From: Gloeobacterales cyanobacterium
GTDB lineage: Bacteria > Cyanobacteriota > Cyanobacteriia > Gloeobacterales > PMM-0068
Assembly (NCBI GenBank): GCA_049582005.1
Contig: JBAUTB010000222.1
Coordinates: 682-64,681, forward strand
Length of the DNA stretch: 64,000 nucleotides
Direction of reading: 5' to 3'
A program made the position numbers and the translations under genes. The notes below the pieces were generated by a model that did no database searches, was not told the DNA's origin, and worked only from the letters and a program-made list of their open reading frames with translations. Shown here piece by piece: positions 47,215-56,378 of the stretch (within the stretch, counting starts at the first letter, position 1; every line of letters begins with the position of its first letter).

Positions 47215-47889
47215 TTAAGGCTTTATGCCCACACTCAGCCCATCAGGAGTAGGCAAGCATACGGCCAAACAATGCTCAGCCAGGAATTCATGAAACTGAG
47301 TCATCCCTTCTATGGCTTCTTGATTCCAATTTTCGTCTGGGGCCCGGCCCTTTAGATAGCCGAATAGATAAGTGTTGTCTCCGAGAATCAAACCACCTGG
47401 GCGCAGATGTTCAAAGGCCCAGCGGGCGTAATGAATATAGTTTTTTTTGTCTGCGTCAATAAACACGGCATCAAAGGGTGCTTCTGGTGACAGTTTTTCT
47501 AGAGAGTCCAGAGCAGGACCTTCTAGCACAGTGACTTGTTGATCCAGTCCAGCCCGCTCAAAAACAGCTTGGGCGACTTTGGCGTGTTTTGGATTGTACT
47601 CACAGGTCCATAGATGACCCGTTTTCCCTAAAGCCTTAAGCATCCACAGAGCAGAATAACCAGAGAGCGTACCAAATTCCACTACTTTTTGCGCTCCAAT
47701 CATAGACAGTAGGACCTGTAAAATTTTTCCTTCTGTAGGCGCAATTTGGATGTGCGGCATCCCCATTACATCGAGCTGATGAACTGCATCTTCTAAGGCT
47801 GCATCATGAGGACTGAATAGCTCCTCGAGATAGGTTCTTATAGCGGGAGTATCGTAGCCTAGACCTGCTCTTGAGTTGTCATCCGCCAT
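47215..47889 (-). CDS. Class I SAM-dependent O-methyltransferase (caffeoyl-CoA OMT-like)
   Basis: 224 aa. VVEFGTLSGYSALWM (SAM motif I), FDAVFIDADKKNY and GGLILGDN are typical of the family-3 OMT fold. Confidence 0.82.
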   Translation of the reverse strand: MADDNSRAGLGYDTPAIRTYLEELFSPHDAALEDAVHQLDVMGMPHIQIAPTEGKILQVLLSMIGAQKVVEFGTLSGYSALWMLKALGKTGHLWTCEYNPKHAKVAQAVFERAGLDQQVTVLEGPALDSLEKLSPEAPFDAVFIDADKKNYIHYARWAFEHLRPGGLILGDNTYLFGYLKGRAPDENWNQEAIEGMTQFHEFLAEHCLAVCLPTPDGLSVGIKP

Positions 47890-47952
47890 TGTTAATCTGT
47901 CTGAAGTGCTTCTCTATATGCTACAAACTAGAGCGACCTCGCGCGACTAACC

Positions 47953-48741
47953 ATGACAAAAATAATGGGTTATTTATTAAAGACTCTTCTAGGGGGAACG
48001 GTGGCTATCTTGCTAACCCCTGACGGAAGCTCTGCTTCCCCCATTCCGACCCAAAGCCGTCAGGCCTTAGTGGTTAAGGCTGAAACTTGGGATAGCACTC
48101 AGGCAACGTTGCAGCGTTATACCAAGATGACTGGGCTAGGTAGGCTGAAGGGGAAAAGCTTTTGGAAGCCTGTAGGCGAGCCTGTAGTCGTTGTTTTGGG
48201 TAAAGGTGGCCTGGGTTGGGGGGTAGGACTTCACAATGCCTCTAGCCCTTCGCTGGGCACTCCTGAGAGCACAGAGCCGATTAAGCAGGAAGGTGATGGC
48301 AAATCGCCCGCGGGAATATTCAAGCTAGGGTCAGCCTATGGCTATGCTGTGAGTCCTTTATCCCCTATGAAATGGCCGTATCAAACTAGTACCCAAGACT
48401 TACGCTGTGTGGATGATGCAAAATCTAGTTTCTACAACCAGATTTTGCCTGACAAACCCAACATGTGGGACTCTGCAGAAGTTATGCGCCGTTCCGATGT
48501 CCTCTATACCTGGGTGTTGGATGTAGAGCACAACAAGCAGCCAGCAACTCCAGGAAAAGGTAGCTGTATTTTTCTGCATGTCTGGCGAGGGGAAACCAGT
48601 CCTACCGTAGGATGCACCGCGATGGCTCAGAAAAATTTAGAGAAAGTTCTGTTATGGCTCGATCCTAAAGCACAGCCAGTACTCATCCAACTTCCGGAAA
48701 AGACCTACCAAACACTCCAAACCTCCTGGGAATTGCCATAA
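47953..48741 (+). CDS. Secreted YkuD-like L,D-transpeptidase-fold protein
   Basis: 262 aa with a signal peptide. GDGKSPAGIF.LG.AYG and GSCIFLHVW.....PTVGCTAM (His...Cys catalytic pair context), as in the COG3786-type L,D-TPase family. Confidence 0.7.
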   Translation: MTKIMGYLLKTLLGGTVAILLTPDGSSASPIPTQSRQALVVKAETWDSTQATLQRYTKMTGLGRLKGKSFWKPVGEPVVVVLGKGGLGWGVGLHNASSPSLGTPESTEPIKQEGDGKSPAGIFKLGSAYGYAVSPLSPMKWPYQTSTQDLRCVDDAKSSFYNQILPDKPNMWDSAEVMRRSDVLYTWVLDVEHNKQPATPGKGSCIFLHVWRGETSPTVGCTAMAQKNLEKVLLWLDPKAQPVLIQLPEKTYQTLQTSWELP

Positions 48742-48836
48742 AAAATATTCATGCATCAAATCCTTATTCCTTATGGGTTTGAAGACTGGCCCGGTAAGTG
48801 CATGGAGTCCTTTGTTTGCAAAAACTCTACAATTCT

Positions 48837-48850
48837 GTATTGAGAAATAC
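48837..48850 (+). promoter_or_regulatory. NtcA-binding box (GTA-N8-TAC) upstream of ntcA
   Basis: GTA (48837-48839), TTGAGAAA, TAC (48848-48850), embedded in the larger palindrome TGTAT..N..ATACA. -10-like hexamers follow at 48871 (TATACA) and 48877 (TAAATT). The box sits 53 nt upstream of the ntcA start. Confidence 0.6.
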
Positions 48851-48902
48851 ATATTAATGCCAGCGGAACGTATACATAAATTAAAAAGTTCGGGGTGAAC
48901 TA

Positions 48903-49574
48903 TTGGTCCTAACAACTGATCATCGATTAGGTGTCTTATTTCAAAAGCTTGAAAGCGGACAAGTTCCACCCGTTGTGGAACATTTCGACCGGGGAAAGAC
49001 TATCTTCTTTCCTGGGGATCCTGCAGAGCGAGTCTATTTTTTAGTCAAGGGAGCGGTGAAGCTTTCTAGAGTGTTTGATAATGGTGAAGAAATTACAGTT
49101 TCTTTGCTTAGAGAGAACAGTGTCTTTGGGGTTCTCTCAATCATCACAGGACATCGTTCTGATCGTTTTTATCATGCCGTAGCAATTACTCCGGTTGAAT
49201 TATTGGCTGCCAATATTGACCAAGTGGAGAAGGCGCTTCGTAATGATGCAGAGCTTTCTTCCATTCTGCTCAAGGGATTGGCTTCACGTATTCTGCAAAC
49301 AGAGATGATGATTGAGACCTTGGCTCACCGAGATATGGGTTCTCGCTTAGAGAGTTTCATCTTGATCCTTTGTCGAGATTTTGGGGTTCCTGGGCGAGAC
49401 GGGATCACCATTGACCTCAGGCTTTCTCACCAGGCTATAGCGGAAGCCATTGGCTCTACACGAGTCACGATTACCCGATTGCTCGGCGAGTTGAAGAAGA
49501 AAAATTTGATCTCCATCCACAAGAAAAAGATCACGGTTCGCGATCCTGTTCAACTTGGTCAGCGATTTACCTAG
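48903..49574 (+). CDS. ntcA: Global nitrogen regulator NtcA (CRP/FNR family)
   Basis: 223 aa. [23 protein letters not shown]...[34 protein letters not shown]...[34 protein letters not shown]...[28 protein letters not shown]...[10 protein letters not shown] is nearly identical in pattern to characterised NtcA. It apparently uses a TTG start. Confidence 0.96.
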   Translation: MVLTTDHRLGVLFQKLESGQVPPVVEHFDRGKTIFFPGDPAERVYFLVKGAVKLSRVFDNGEEITVSLLRENSVFGVLSIITGHRSDRFYHAVAITPVELLAANIDQVEKALRNDAELSSILLKGLASRILQTEMMIETLAHRDMGSRLESFILILCRDFGVPGRDGITIDLRLSHQAIAEAIGSTRVTITRLLGELKKKNLISIHKKKITVRDPVQLGQRFT

Positions 49575-49624
49575 TCTGCCTATGCAAGAAGGGGGAACCC
49601 CTAGGGTATAATCGATAGGCTCTT

Positions 49625-49707
49625 GGGCGAGTGGCGAAATGGTAGACGCACCACACTCAAAATGTGGCGGTAGAGATACCATGTCAGTTCGAGTCTGACC
49701 TCGCCCA
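49625..49707 (+). tRNA. tRNA-Leu (anticodon CAA), class II with a long variable arm
   Basis: Folded by hand. Acceptor GGGCGAG/CTCGCCC plus discriminator A. D stem GCG/CGC. Anticodon stem CCACA/TGTGG with loop CT-CAA-AA. Variable arm GGTA-GAGA-TACC. T arm GTCAG-TTCGAGT-CTGAC. CCA is not encoded. Confidence 0.92.
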
Positions 49708-49782
49708 GGTTTTTAAAATTTTCTGCTCTGCTGACCCTTGGCTCTTTTCTGAAAGAGCATCAGTTATGGATTTTTCCCCTTA

Positions 49783-50661
49783 CTAGCTAGTAGAGGAGGA
49801 TTCTTCTAAAGGAGAGGCGACTGCTGGAGCGTCGATTTGGACAGTTTCTATGGAAGCAGAAGTGCTTGACCAGCGTTTAGCCAAACGAGAAAAAGAAGCG
49901 GGATTGCCAGATACATAGAAGTTGGTTTTTCCAGGTTTAGTGCTGTTACTCAATAGGCCTAGGAGTTGAAGTTCTCGATTCACCGCTAAAGCTGTTTCCA
50001 CGGAAGGATCTACTAAGGTGATGTAGTCTGGCAAAAAACTTCTGAATAGGGGTTCGAGGTGGGGGTAATGCGTACAGCCATAGACCAAGGTATCAATTCT
50101 TTCGTTGAGTAGAGGCTGCAAATAGTTGATTGCTATTTTTCTGGCTTGACGGTTGTTAACCTGCCCTGACTCTACCAAGGGAACGAATTCCGGACAGGCT
50201 ACTTCGAAAACTTGTACAGTAGGGTCCAATTCTTTCATAGCACTGGTATAGGCTTGGCTCCGCACAGTGGCCTGAGTAGCGATAACTCCGATCCTACGTC
50301 CTCGCTGGACCGCTGCCTTGGCACCGGGGAGGATTAATCCCACAATGGGGGTTTGAAATTCTTGGCGCACTACTTCCAAGGCCAGAGCACAGCTTGTATT
50401 ACAGGCAGCGACTACCAATTTGACCCCCTGGTGCTCCATCCAGGTCATGGTGTCCCGCATAAATTGCTGTATTTCTTCAGAGGAGCGGTTCCCGTAAGGA
50501 ACTCGAGCGGTATCGCCAAAGTAGGTTTTATTCTCTTTGGGGAGCAACTTTTGGAGCTGGTTTAAAAAGGTTAAACCCCCAACACCACTATCAAAAATAC
50601 CAATAGGTTTAGACACAGGCTCAAGTCCTTTCTTACTTTTGGAAGTATTCATCCAAAGCAC
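49783..50661 (-). CDS. murI: Glutamate racemase
   Basis: 292 aa. IGIFDSGVGGLT, VVACNTS and YGCTHYP (the two catalytic Cys contexts). The start overlaps the upstream amidase stop. Confidence 0.92.
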   Translation of the reverse strand: MLWMNTSKSKKGLEPVSKPIGIFDSGVGGLTFLNQLQKLLPKENKTYFGDTARVPYGNRSSEEIQQFMRDTMTWMEHQGVKLVVAACNTSCALALEVVRQEFQTPIVGLILPGAKAAVQRGRRIGVIATQATVRSQAYTSAMKELDPTVQVFEVACPEFVPLVESGQVNNRQARKIAINYLQPLLNERIDTLVYGCTHYPHLEPLFRSFLPDYITLVDPSVETALAVNRELQLLGLLSNSTKPGKTNFYVSGNPASFSRLAKRWSSTSASIETVQIDAPAVASPLEESSSTS

Positions 50662-52450
50662 GGGCTATGGATTCTGCAGCGAGACGTTGGTGAGGAGCCT
50701 GGGAAACGAGAGCTAGTTCGGCCGGGTTGGTTATGTAGCCCATTTCCACAAGAATAGCAGGCATTGTGGTTTTGCGGATTACGTAGAAGCGGGCAGTACG
50801 TAGACCACGGTCTGGCTGGCCCACCCTGCTAATGAGGTTACGATGGACGATTTTGGCTAACCTGTGGCTATTTTCCCTTATATAGTAAGTTTGGATGCCG
50901 TCGGTTGCCGTATTTTCACTAGCATTATGGTGAATACTAACAAAAATATTCGCATTAACCTGCTCCGCTATATCTACTCTGCCCTGTAGCGGAATAAATC
51001 GATCATCCTCGCGTGTAAAGACTACCCGGTATCCTTTTTGAGATAGAATTTGCCCCAGATATTGGGCTACTTGGAAATTCAACGTCTTTTCATTACGGCC
51101 TCCAGCCATGGCTCCTGGGTCTGTGCCTCCGTGGCCTGGGTCAATGACTACTAGGGGCCCTTCTCCTGTAGGCTGACCAATTTGGCCTTTATTGAACTGG
51201 ATGATGAACTGATTTTTCCTGGATTCCGCTTTTGTCACCTGAATGCCCGGCCCTAAAGCCAAAACAGCGGAGACTTCGCTGCCGGGGTCTTGAAATATCC
51301 GAAGACGGTCTAGAGGCCCTTTAGTGGTCAATTTAGGGCCGCTGAGGGTCTGTGCAGGCAGAGAAATTCCTGGGAATGTTACTTTATAGTTGTTGCCGGT
51401 AAATTCAGCCTTAGCTTGTAAAGGACCATCGCCAACAAAGATTAAACGGTCGCCAATTAAGCGGACGGCGAGCAAGTTACCCGCTCTTTTTTGAATTACG
51501 GCTAATTGGCCCGCAGGAACTAAGCGTACGCCCTTTACGCTGGGATCATAAGCCGTTTCCCAATCAGCCACCTCTTGGTCTATGTCCAACACGATGCGCG
51601 TGATGGGGGGTCGATTCTGGAATTGTCCAAGACGAATTTGTTGGATCCCGAGGCGATTAGCTGGAAAAGATCGCTCTTTCGTCGCAGTGGAGATGATCGT
51701 GTTTGGAAGGTCTACGATCAAACGATCTGGACTATCTACCCGGCGCACCGAAGCATCAGTTGGTCCACTGGTTCGGATAATAAAACCTTGGGCGGTGTTA
51801 TCAATACCCTCAAAGCGGACCATGGCTCTGAGCTCTTGTTTTGTAAGTGATGGAGAAGCTAAGGGTGGAGGGTTAGGATTTGGAACTGGATTAGGATTTG
51901 GAACTGGATTAGGATTTGGAACTGGATTAGGATTTGGAACTGGATTAGGATTTGGAACTGGATTAGGATTTGGAACTAGATTAGGATTTGGAACTGGATT
52001 AGGCGCTTGTGACGGGTCTGTATTCGGAATTCCTTGACTCAATTGAACCTGCCAACGATTGAATCCTCGATTGTCAAGTTCATATTGTTCTGGACGAAGC
52101 TCTTCGGGGACACGCAGCTGGATAACAAGGCGTGCTATCTCTGGGGTAAACTGTGCAGTGCGGATTTCCTCCACAAGGCCCGTTGGGAACTGTTGACTAT
52201 TGGAACGTTCCAAGGTCGCTGCGGGTAAGTCCATAATCAACCGACTCGGTCCCGCTTTCGTGGAGAGAATCGGTATGGTAACGCCCTTGGTTGTGATTTC
52301 TAAAAGTTGTCTATTAGGGTCATAGGACCAGGAGAGCAATCGCGGACGTTCTATGCCTCCAGGTGCAGCCCACACAGGAAATAGAGGATGGCTGCACCCC
52401 CAGAAGAACACTATCAATAGCGTCAATACCCGCTTCAACATGGCCCTCAC
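50633..52450 (-). CDS. amiC: N-acetylmuramoyl-L-alanine amidase (AmiC-type: AMIN domains, Pro/Asn linker, Amidase_3 domain)
   Basis: 605 aa with a signal peptide. Two AMIN-like repeats (..RLIMDLP.. and ..RLIVDLPNT..). A (PNPNPV)n linker. C-terminal VVIDPGHGGTDPGA...SIHHNA...E.GYITN. Confidence 0.9.
   Translation of the reverse strand: MRAMLKRVLTLLIVFFWGCSHPLFPVWAAPGGIERPRLLSWSYDPNRQLLEITTKGVTIPILSTKAGPSRLIMDLPAATLERSNSQQFPTGLVEEIRTAQFTPEIARLVIQLRVPEELRPEQYELDNRGFNRWQVQLSQGIPNTDPSQAPNPVPNPNLVPNPNPVPNPNPVPNPNPVPNPNPVPNPNPVPNPNPPPLASPSLTKQELRAMVRFEGIDNTAQGFIIRTSGPTDASVRRVDSPDRLIVDLPNTIISTATKERSFPANRLGIQQIRLGQFQNRPPITRIVLDIDQEVADWETAYDPSVKGVRLVPAGQLAVIQKRAGNLLAVRLIGDRLIFVGDGPLQAKAEFTGNNYKVTFPGISLPAQTLSGPKLTTKGPLDRLRIFQDPGSEVSAVLALGPGIQVTKAESRKNQFIIQFNKGQIGQPTGEGPLVVIDPGHGGTDPGAMAGGRNEKTLNFQVAQYLGQILSQKGYRVVFTREDDRFIPLQGRVDIAEQVNANIFVSIHHNASENTATDGIQTYYIRENSHRLAKIVHRNLISRVGQPDRGLRTARFYVIRKTTMPAILVEMGYITNPAELALVSQAPHQRLAAESIARALDEYFQK
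51870..52003. repeat. 18-bp tandem repeat (about 7.4 copies) inside amiC, encoding the (VPNPNP)n linker
   Basis: The unit GGATTAGGATTTGGAACT starts at 51870, 51888, 51906, 51924, 51942, 51960 and 51978, plus a partial copy. The five central copies are identical and the outer copies differ by single substitutions. Confidence 0.95.
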
Positions 52451-52521
52451 ACCATGACTGCATTCAATACTCTACTGCAAAGGGCAATCTAGGCTAGGGG
52501 TAAACCGCAAAATTAATATGT

Positions 52522-53487
52522 TTAAGCTTCTGGTCTCGGTTGAACTTTTTCCAAAAAGAGCCTTTCCAGGCTTTTTCGCTCTAGATTTAAGGATAAAAGA
52601 CGCATTTTTTTGCTTTCTAAGTAAGAAAGAAATTGTGCCGGGTCTTTTTGCAGGATTCCAGTCCATTGCTCGCCCTCACCTCTGAGATCCCGTAACCAAT
52701 GGGCCAAAGATTCTGGACTAGAACTTTGTACTTTAGCAACATACTGACTGGACGTGCCCAAGAGCTGTTCTAGGGTTCCGCAACAGACCAGTTCTCCCTT
52801 AACGAGAATGCCCACTTGGTCACAAACCAATTCCACGTCAGAGAGGATGTGGCTATTAAAAAATACGGTTTTGCCTTGAGCTTTGAGAGAAAGAATCAAT
52901 TCCCTCATTTGATAGCGACCTGTAGGATCTAAGCCAGACATTGGCTCGTCCAGAAAGACCAGCGAGGGATCGTTGATCAGCGCTTGGGCTAAGCCAATGC
53001 GTTGGAGCATCCCTTTAGAGTATTTTCGCAGGGGTTTGCGCGCTGCTGCTTCGGTGAGTCCCACGGTTTCGATAAGCTGGACAATCCGTGTGCGAGCCAC
53101 ATCCGCCGGGACTTCAAAGATCCGAGCCATCAAGGTTAGAATTTCGAAGCCCGTTAGGTAGTCATAGAAGTAAGGATTTTCAGGCAAATAGCCAATACAT
53201 TGCTTGACAGTCTGATCCCCTAGGAGTTTGCCTAGAATATAGGCTTCTCCCCCAGAAGGGCGAATGATCCCCAGCAAGATTTTGAGTAGGGTGGTTTTGC
53301 CTGCGCCATTGGGGCCTAGCAAACCGAAGGTCTGTCCTTCTTCCACACGGAGACTGCATCCTTTGAGAGAATGTATCCGCTGATTTAACCAGAAACCTGT
53401 ACGAAATTCCTTACTCAGGTTGTTGGCCTGAATGGCAACTTGAGGAGTTATGGCCTGAGTTTCTTTGAGAATTGGAGAAGTACGCAT
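52522..53487 (-). CDS. ABC transporter ATP-binding protein
   Basis: Walker A GPNGAGKTT, signature YSKGMLQRIGLAQAL, Walker B LVFLDEPMSGLD. I prefer the Met at 53487 (MRTSPIL...) because the track ORF's longer N-terminus overlaps menA. Confidence 0.88.
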   Translation of the reverse strand: MRTSPILKETQAITPQVAIQANNLSKEFRTGFWLNQRIHSLKGCSLRVEEGQTFGLLGPNGAGKTTLLKILLGIIRPSGGEAYILGKLLGDQTVKQCIGYLPENPYFYDYLTGFEILTLMARIFEVPADVARTRIVQLIETVGLTEAAARKPLRKYSKGMLQRIGLAQALINDPSLVFLDEPMSGLDPTGRYQMRELILSLKAQGKTVFFNSHILSDVELVCDQVGILVKGELVCCGTLEQLLGTSSQYVAKVQSSSPESLAHWLRDLRGEGEQWTGILQKDPAQFLSYLESKKMRLLSLNLERKSLERLFLEKVQPRPEA

Positions 53488-53563
53488 CGCACGAGGAGGA
53501 CACCCTACAGCTCTAGCGTTCCCCAATTTAGCCAGGATGTAAAGTATTTGGATACGGAAGTTA

Positions 53564-54445
53564 TCAAGCAGGCAGCACAAATCCCAGCGCCAGCAAAATT
53601 CCACTCAAAAAATGGATACGCACTGCCAGGGGAAGGGCCTTGGCTACTTCATGAGGCTGGTCGTGAAAATCATTCACATGTTGAATCAACTGCACCGTCA
53701 AGGGAAAGGTAAAAAAGACCAATCCTGTCCACCGCGGGAAATCTCCTTGGAGGCCAAACCAGACACTAAGCAGATAGGGGATCGCTACCAAGAAGATGAT
53801 TCTTCGGGCTGCTCTGAGCGTCCCCCAGCGGACAATAGGAGTGCGTTTGCCAAAGGTTCGATCATCTTCTACTTGGGGAAAATGATGGGTATAGAGAATC
53901 AAGCTGGTGAAAGAACCGACGATTAAAGAGGCTTTAAACGCCGTAAGAGACCAATTTCCGCGTTGGCTATAGTCTGCGACCAAAACGGCGATGGGACCAA
54001 AACAAATAAAAGAAACTAACTCTCCCCATCCACGATAGGCCAGGCGGAAGGGTGGCCCCTGATAGCTATAACCCAGGAAAATGCCTATAGTCCCCATAAT
54101 TAAGAGTTCGTAGCTTGGGAAAAAGCTATTGATTCCTACGAAGCAGAGATAGCCCAACCCCAAAGCTATGGTACCCAGCCAAAATACTAATGAGGTGCTG
54201 CCCGTTAGGTTTACCAAGGAATCTGCTTTATTACGGTCTACTCCTGTCTGGGCATCAAAAACATCATTGGTAAAGTTGATCCATATCTGGACCAAGATGA
54301 GACCGATGAAACACAGCATAAAACGCAGGATATCAATCTGGGCTATTTCATACCAGGAAACGGCCGTTCCCACCAAAACAGGGATCACCGCCGCTGTATA
54401 AATGGCTGGATTGAGTGCCACTTTCCAGGGAAAAGGAGCAGACAT
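53564..54445 (-). CDS. menA: 1,4-dihydroxy-2-naphthoate phytyl/prenyltransferase (MenA, UbiA family)
   Basis: 293 aa with about 8 TM segments. The UbiA motif is NDVFDAQTGVDRNKADS. It sits directly downstream of a UbiE/MenG methyltransferase. Confidence 0.8.
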   Translation of the reverse strand: MSAPFPWKVALNPAIYTAAVIPVLVGTAVSWYEIAQIDILRFMLCFIGLILVQIWINFTNDVFDAQTGVDRNKADSLVNLTGSTSLVFWLGTIALGLGYLCFVGINSFFPSYELLIMGTIGIFLGYSYQGPPFRLAYRGWGELVSFICFGPIAVLVADYSQRGNWSLTAFKASLIVGSFTSLILYTHHFPQVEDDRTFGKRTPIVRWGTLRAARRIIFLVAIPYLLSVWFGLQGDFPRWTGLVFFTFPLTVQLIQHVNDFHDQPHEVAKALPLAVRIHFLSGILLALGFVLPA

Positions 54446-54454
54446 AACTATTTT

Positions 54455-55183
54455 CTAGGCTTCCACAATCAAGAAACCAATCGCCCCTTGTTCTACTGTA
54501 CGGTGAATGGCCCGTTTAAAGCCCTGCCCAAGCGCGATCTGTATTTGCTCTGCTCCCTTAGGAAAGCGCTCTAAGCTTGGTGCAATATAAGTATATTCCG
54601 CTTCCAGATTTAGCCAACGGCCTAATTGGGGCACGATGGTCGAGAGATACCATTGCTGAAAATGCTCTTGATTCGGATTATCCGTGCGGTTGAGGTCCAA
54701 TATCACGGCCTTGGCCCTTGGCTTGAGCACGCGATGGAGTTCTTGAAAGGCTTTGGCAAGATCGGTAAGATTTCTCAAACCAAAGCTCATGGTGGTTGCA
54801 TCAAAGGTCTGATCCCCAAATGGTAGCGCCAGGGCATCACCCTGGACCCAGTCTATTTGGCGCTGTAGGGGATCGTAGGTTTTACGGCGAGCATATTCCA
54901 ACATCTGTTCTGAAAAATCTAAACCAACGACCTTGCCCCTAGGACCTATATGACGGGCTAGAAGACGGGCTAAGTCGCCCGTCCCACAACAAACATCCAG
55001 GACACAGCCTCCTTCTGGGGGAGTAGCCCAATCCACAGCTATTTTTTTCCAAGCAAGATGGCGGCCCCAACTCATGAGGCCATTCACGCGGTCGTATACC
55101 GGAGCGATACGGTTAAAAAGCGTCTGGATATCCTGAGCCGTAGGAATCTCAGCGTCGCCGTCACTGTAGCTTTTGTTTGCCAT
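54455..55183 (-). CDS. menG: Demethyl(phyllo/mena)quinone methyltransferase (UbiE/MenG)
   Basis: FNRIAPVYDRVNGLMSWGRHLAWKK, LDVCCGTGDLA and MSFGLRNL are UbiE/MenG hallmarks. The start is taken at MANKSY (55183). Confidence 0.88.
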   Translation of the reverse strand: MANKSYSDGDAEIPTAQDIQTLFNRIAPVYDRVNGLMSWGRHLAWKKIAVDWATPPEGGCVLDVCCGTGDLARLLARHIGPRGKVVGLDFSEQMLEYARRKTYDPLQRQIDWVQGDALALPFGDQTFDATTMSFGLRNLTDLAKAFQELHRVLKPRAKAVILDLNRTDNPNQEHFQQWYLSTIVPQLGRWLNLEAEYTYIAPSLERFPKGAEQIQIALGQGFKRAIHRTVEQGAIGFLIVEA

Positions 55184-55790
55184 TCCGCACAACTTGGAGC
55201 ATGTTGAGCAGGTTGTTCTCTAGATTCCCCAGAATCTCACCCACATAGCGGTCTGCTTCAGCTTGTATCGATTGCGCCTCTGCTTTTGCCTTTTGCTGGA
55301 TCGATTGGGCTTCGTTTAATCCTGTTTCCCGAATAGTCTGTATCTCCGCAAATACATCTTGCCGTAATTTCTCCACCTGTTGACGGGTTTGCTGTTCTAG
55401 CCGAGCAGCCTCCTGGCGCAGATGGTCTAATTCCTGTTCAGCTTGCTCCCGTATCGCTTGAGCCTGCGTTTGAGCTGTACGGATCAGATCTGATTCGTTG
55501 AGATAGCGTTCGCGTTCCTGTTGGGCTTGGGTAATCCTACGGTCAGCTTCTTGTTGGGCTTGCATCAAGATTCGGTCCGCATCCTGCTGTGCTTGAGCTA
55601 GATAGGTTTGCTTACGAGCTACCAGAGAAGTGGCTTCTGTAACTACGTCCGGTAGACTCACACGAACGCGGTCCAATAGATCCAGCACTTGATCTTCAGA
55701 AACCAGAACTTTCCCAGTAATCGGTACACGGGCACTGTCCAGAATCAAGTTCTCCAGACGGTCGAGTTCCTGTTTGAGGTCCATGATCAT
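55161..55790 (-). CDS. Coiled-coil protein (DivIVA-like N-terminus; Gln/Ala/Glu-rich repeats)
   Basis: 209 aa. The N-terminal [34 protein letters not shown] is followed by repeated (A)QQEADR/AQ..AE heptads. It overlaps coaD by 4 nt. The functional call is tentative. Confidence 0.5.
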   Translation of the reverse strand: MIMDLKQELDRLENLILDSARVPITGKVLVSEDQVLDLLDRVRVSLPDVVTEATSLVARKQTYLAQAQQDADRILMQAQQEADRRITQAQQERERYLNESDLIRTAQTQAQAIREQAEQELDHLRQEAARLEQQTRQQVEKLRQDVFAEIQTIRETGLNEAQSIQQKAKAEAQSIQAEADRYVGEILGNLENNLLNMLQVVRNGKQKLQ

Positions 55791-56308
55791 TGCTCCTCCT
55801 CGGCAACGGCCTTAAGTGAAAATTTGTGGGCTAAAGCTTGGGCAATATGGGCTGGGACCAAATGATCCACAGGTCCCCCGAATTGAGCGATTTCACGGAC
55901 TACAGAACTGCTCAGGAAACTGTATTCAGTCGCGGTGGCTAGAAAAATAGTTTCGAGTTCTTGATCCAGGGTGCGGTTGGTTTGGGCCATCTGTAGTTCC
56001 AATTCAAAATCAGATACAGCCCGCAAGCCGCGGATCAAAAACTTGGCGCCTAGGGAGTGGGCATACTGGTAGGTCAACCCATCAAAAGAATGTACTTCAA
56101 CGTTATTTAGATGGGCCACAGCTTTACGAATATGCTCCATGCGCTCCTTGGTAGTAAACAGAGGGGTTTTACGAGGATTGCGGACTACAGAAACCACTAC
56201 CTTCTCAAAAAGATGGGTAGCACGTTCAATGATGTCTAGATGGCCGTGGGTCAGCGGGTCAAAGCTGCCTGGATAAAGAGCAATCAAGGATGTCTGTAGA
56301 TTTTGCAT
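55787..56308 (-). CDS. coaD: Phosphopantetheine adenylyltransferase
   Basis: 173 aa. [22 protein letters not shown], with ...SSSVVREI near the C-terminus. Confidence 0.95.
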   Translation of the reverse strand: MQNLQTSLIALYPGSFDPLTHGHLDIIERATHLFEKVVVSVVRNPRKTPLFTTKERMEHIRKAVAHLNNVEVHSFDGLTYQYAHSLGAKFLIRGLRAVSDFELELQMAQTNRTLDQELETIFLATATEYSFLSSSVVREIAQFGGPVDHLVPAHIAQALAHKFSLKAVAEEEQ

Positions 56309-56378
56309 TAACCCATCTACTATATCTAGTTCTTAAAACACTGAACTAATGATTTTTATCACTAGATGTAATGATTCT

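Noticed and set aside
51870-52003. Possible CRISPR array, since this is the only regularly spaced repeat in the window.
   Set aside because: The repeats are contiguous with no spacers, the unit is only 18 bp, the array is in frame inside a coding sequence, and no cas genes are nearby.
51582-52037. 151-aa plus-strand ORF with a striking (GLGFGT)n repeat.
   Set aside because: It is the reverse-strand reading of the 18-bp repeat inside amiC. The minus-strand frame runs continuously through the signal peptide, AMIN domains and Amidase_3 domain, so the plus-strand ORF is a repeat artefact.
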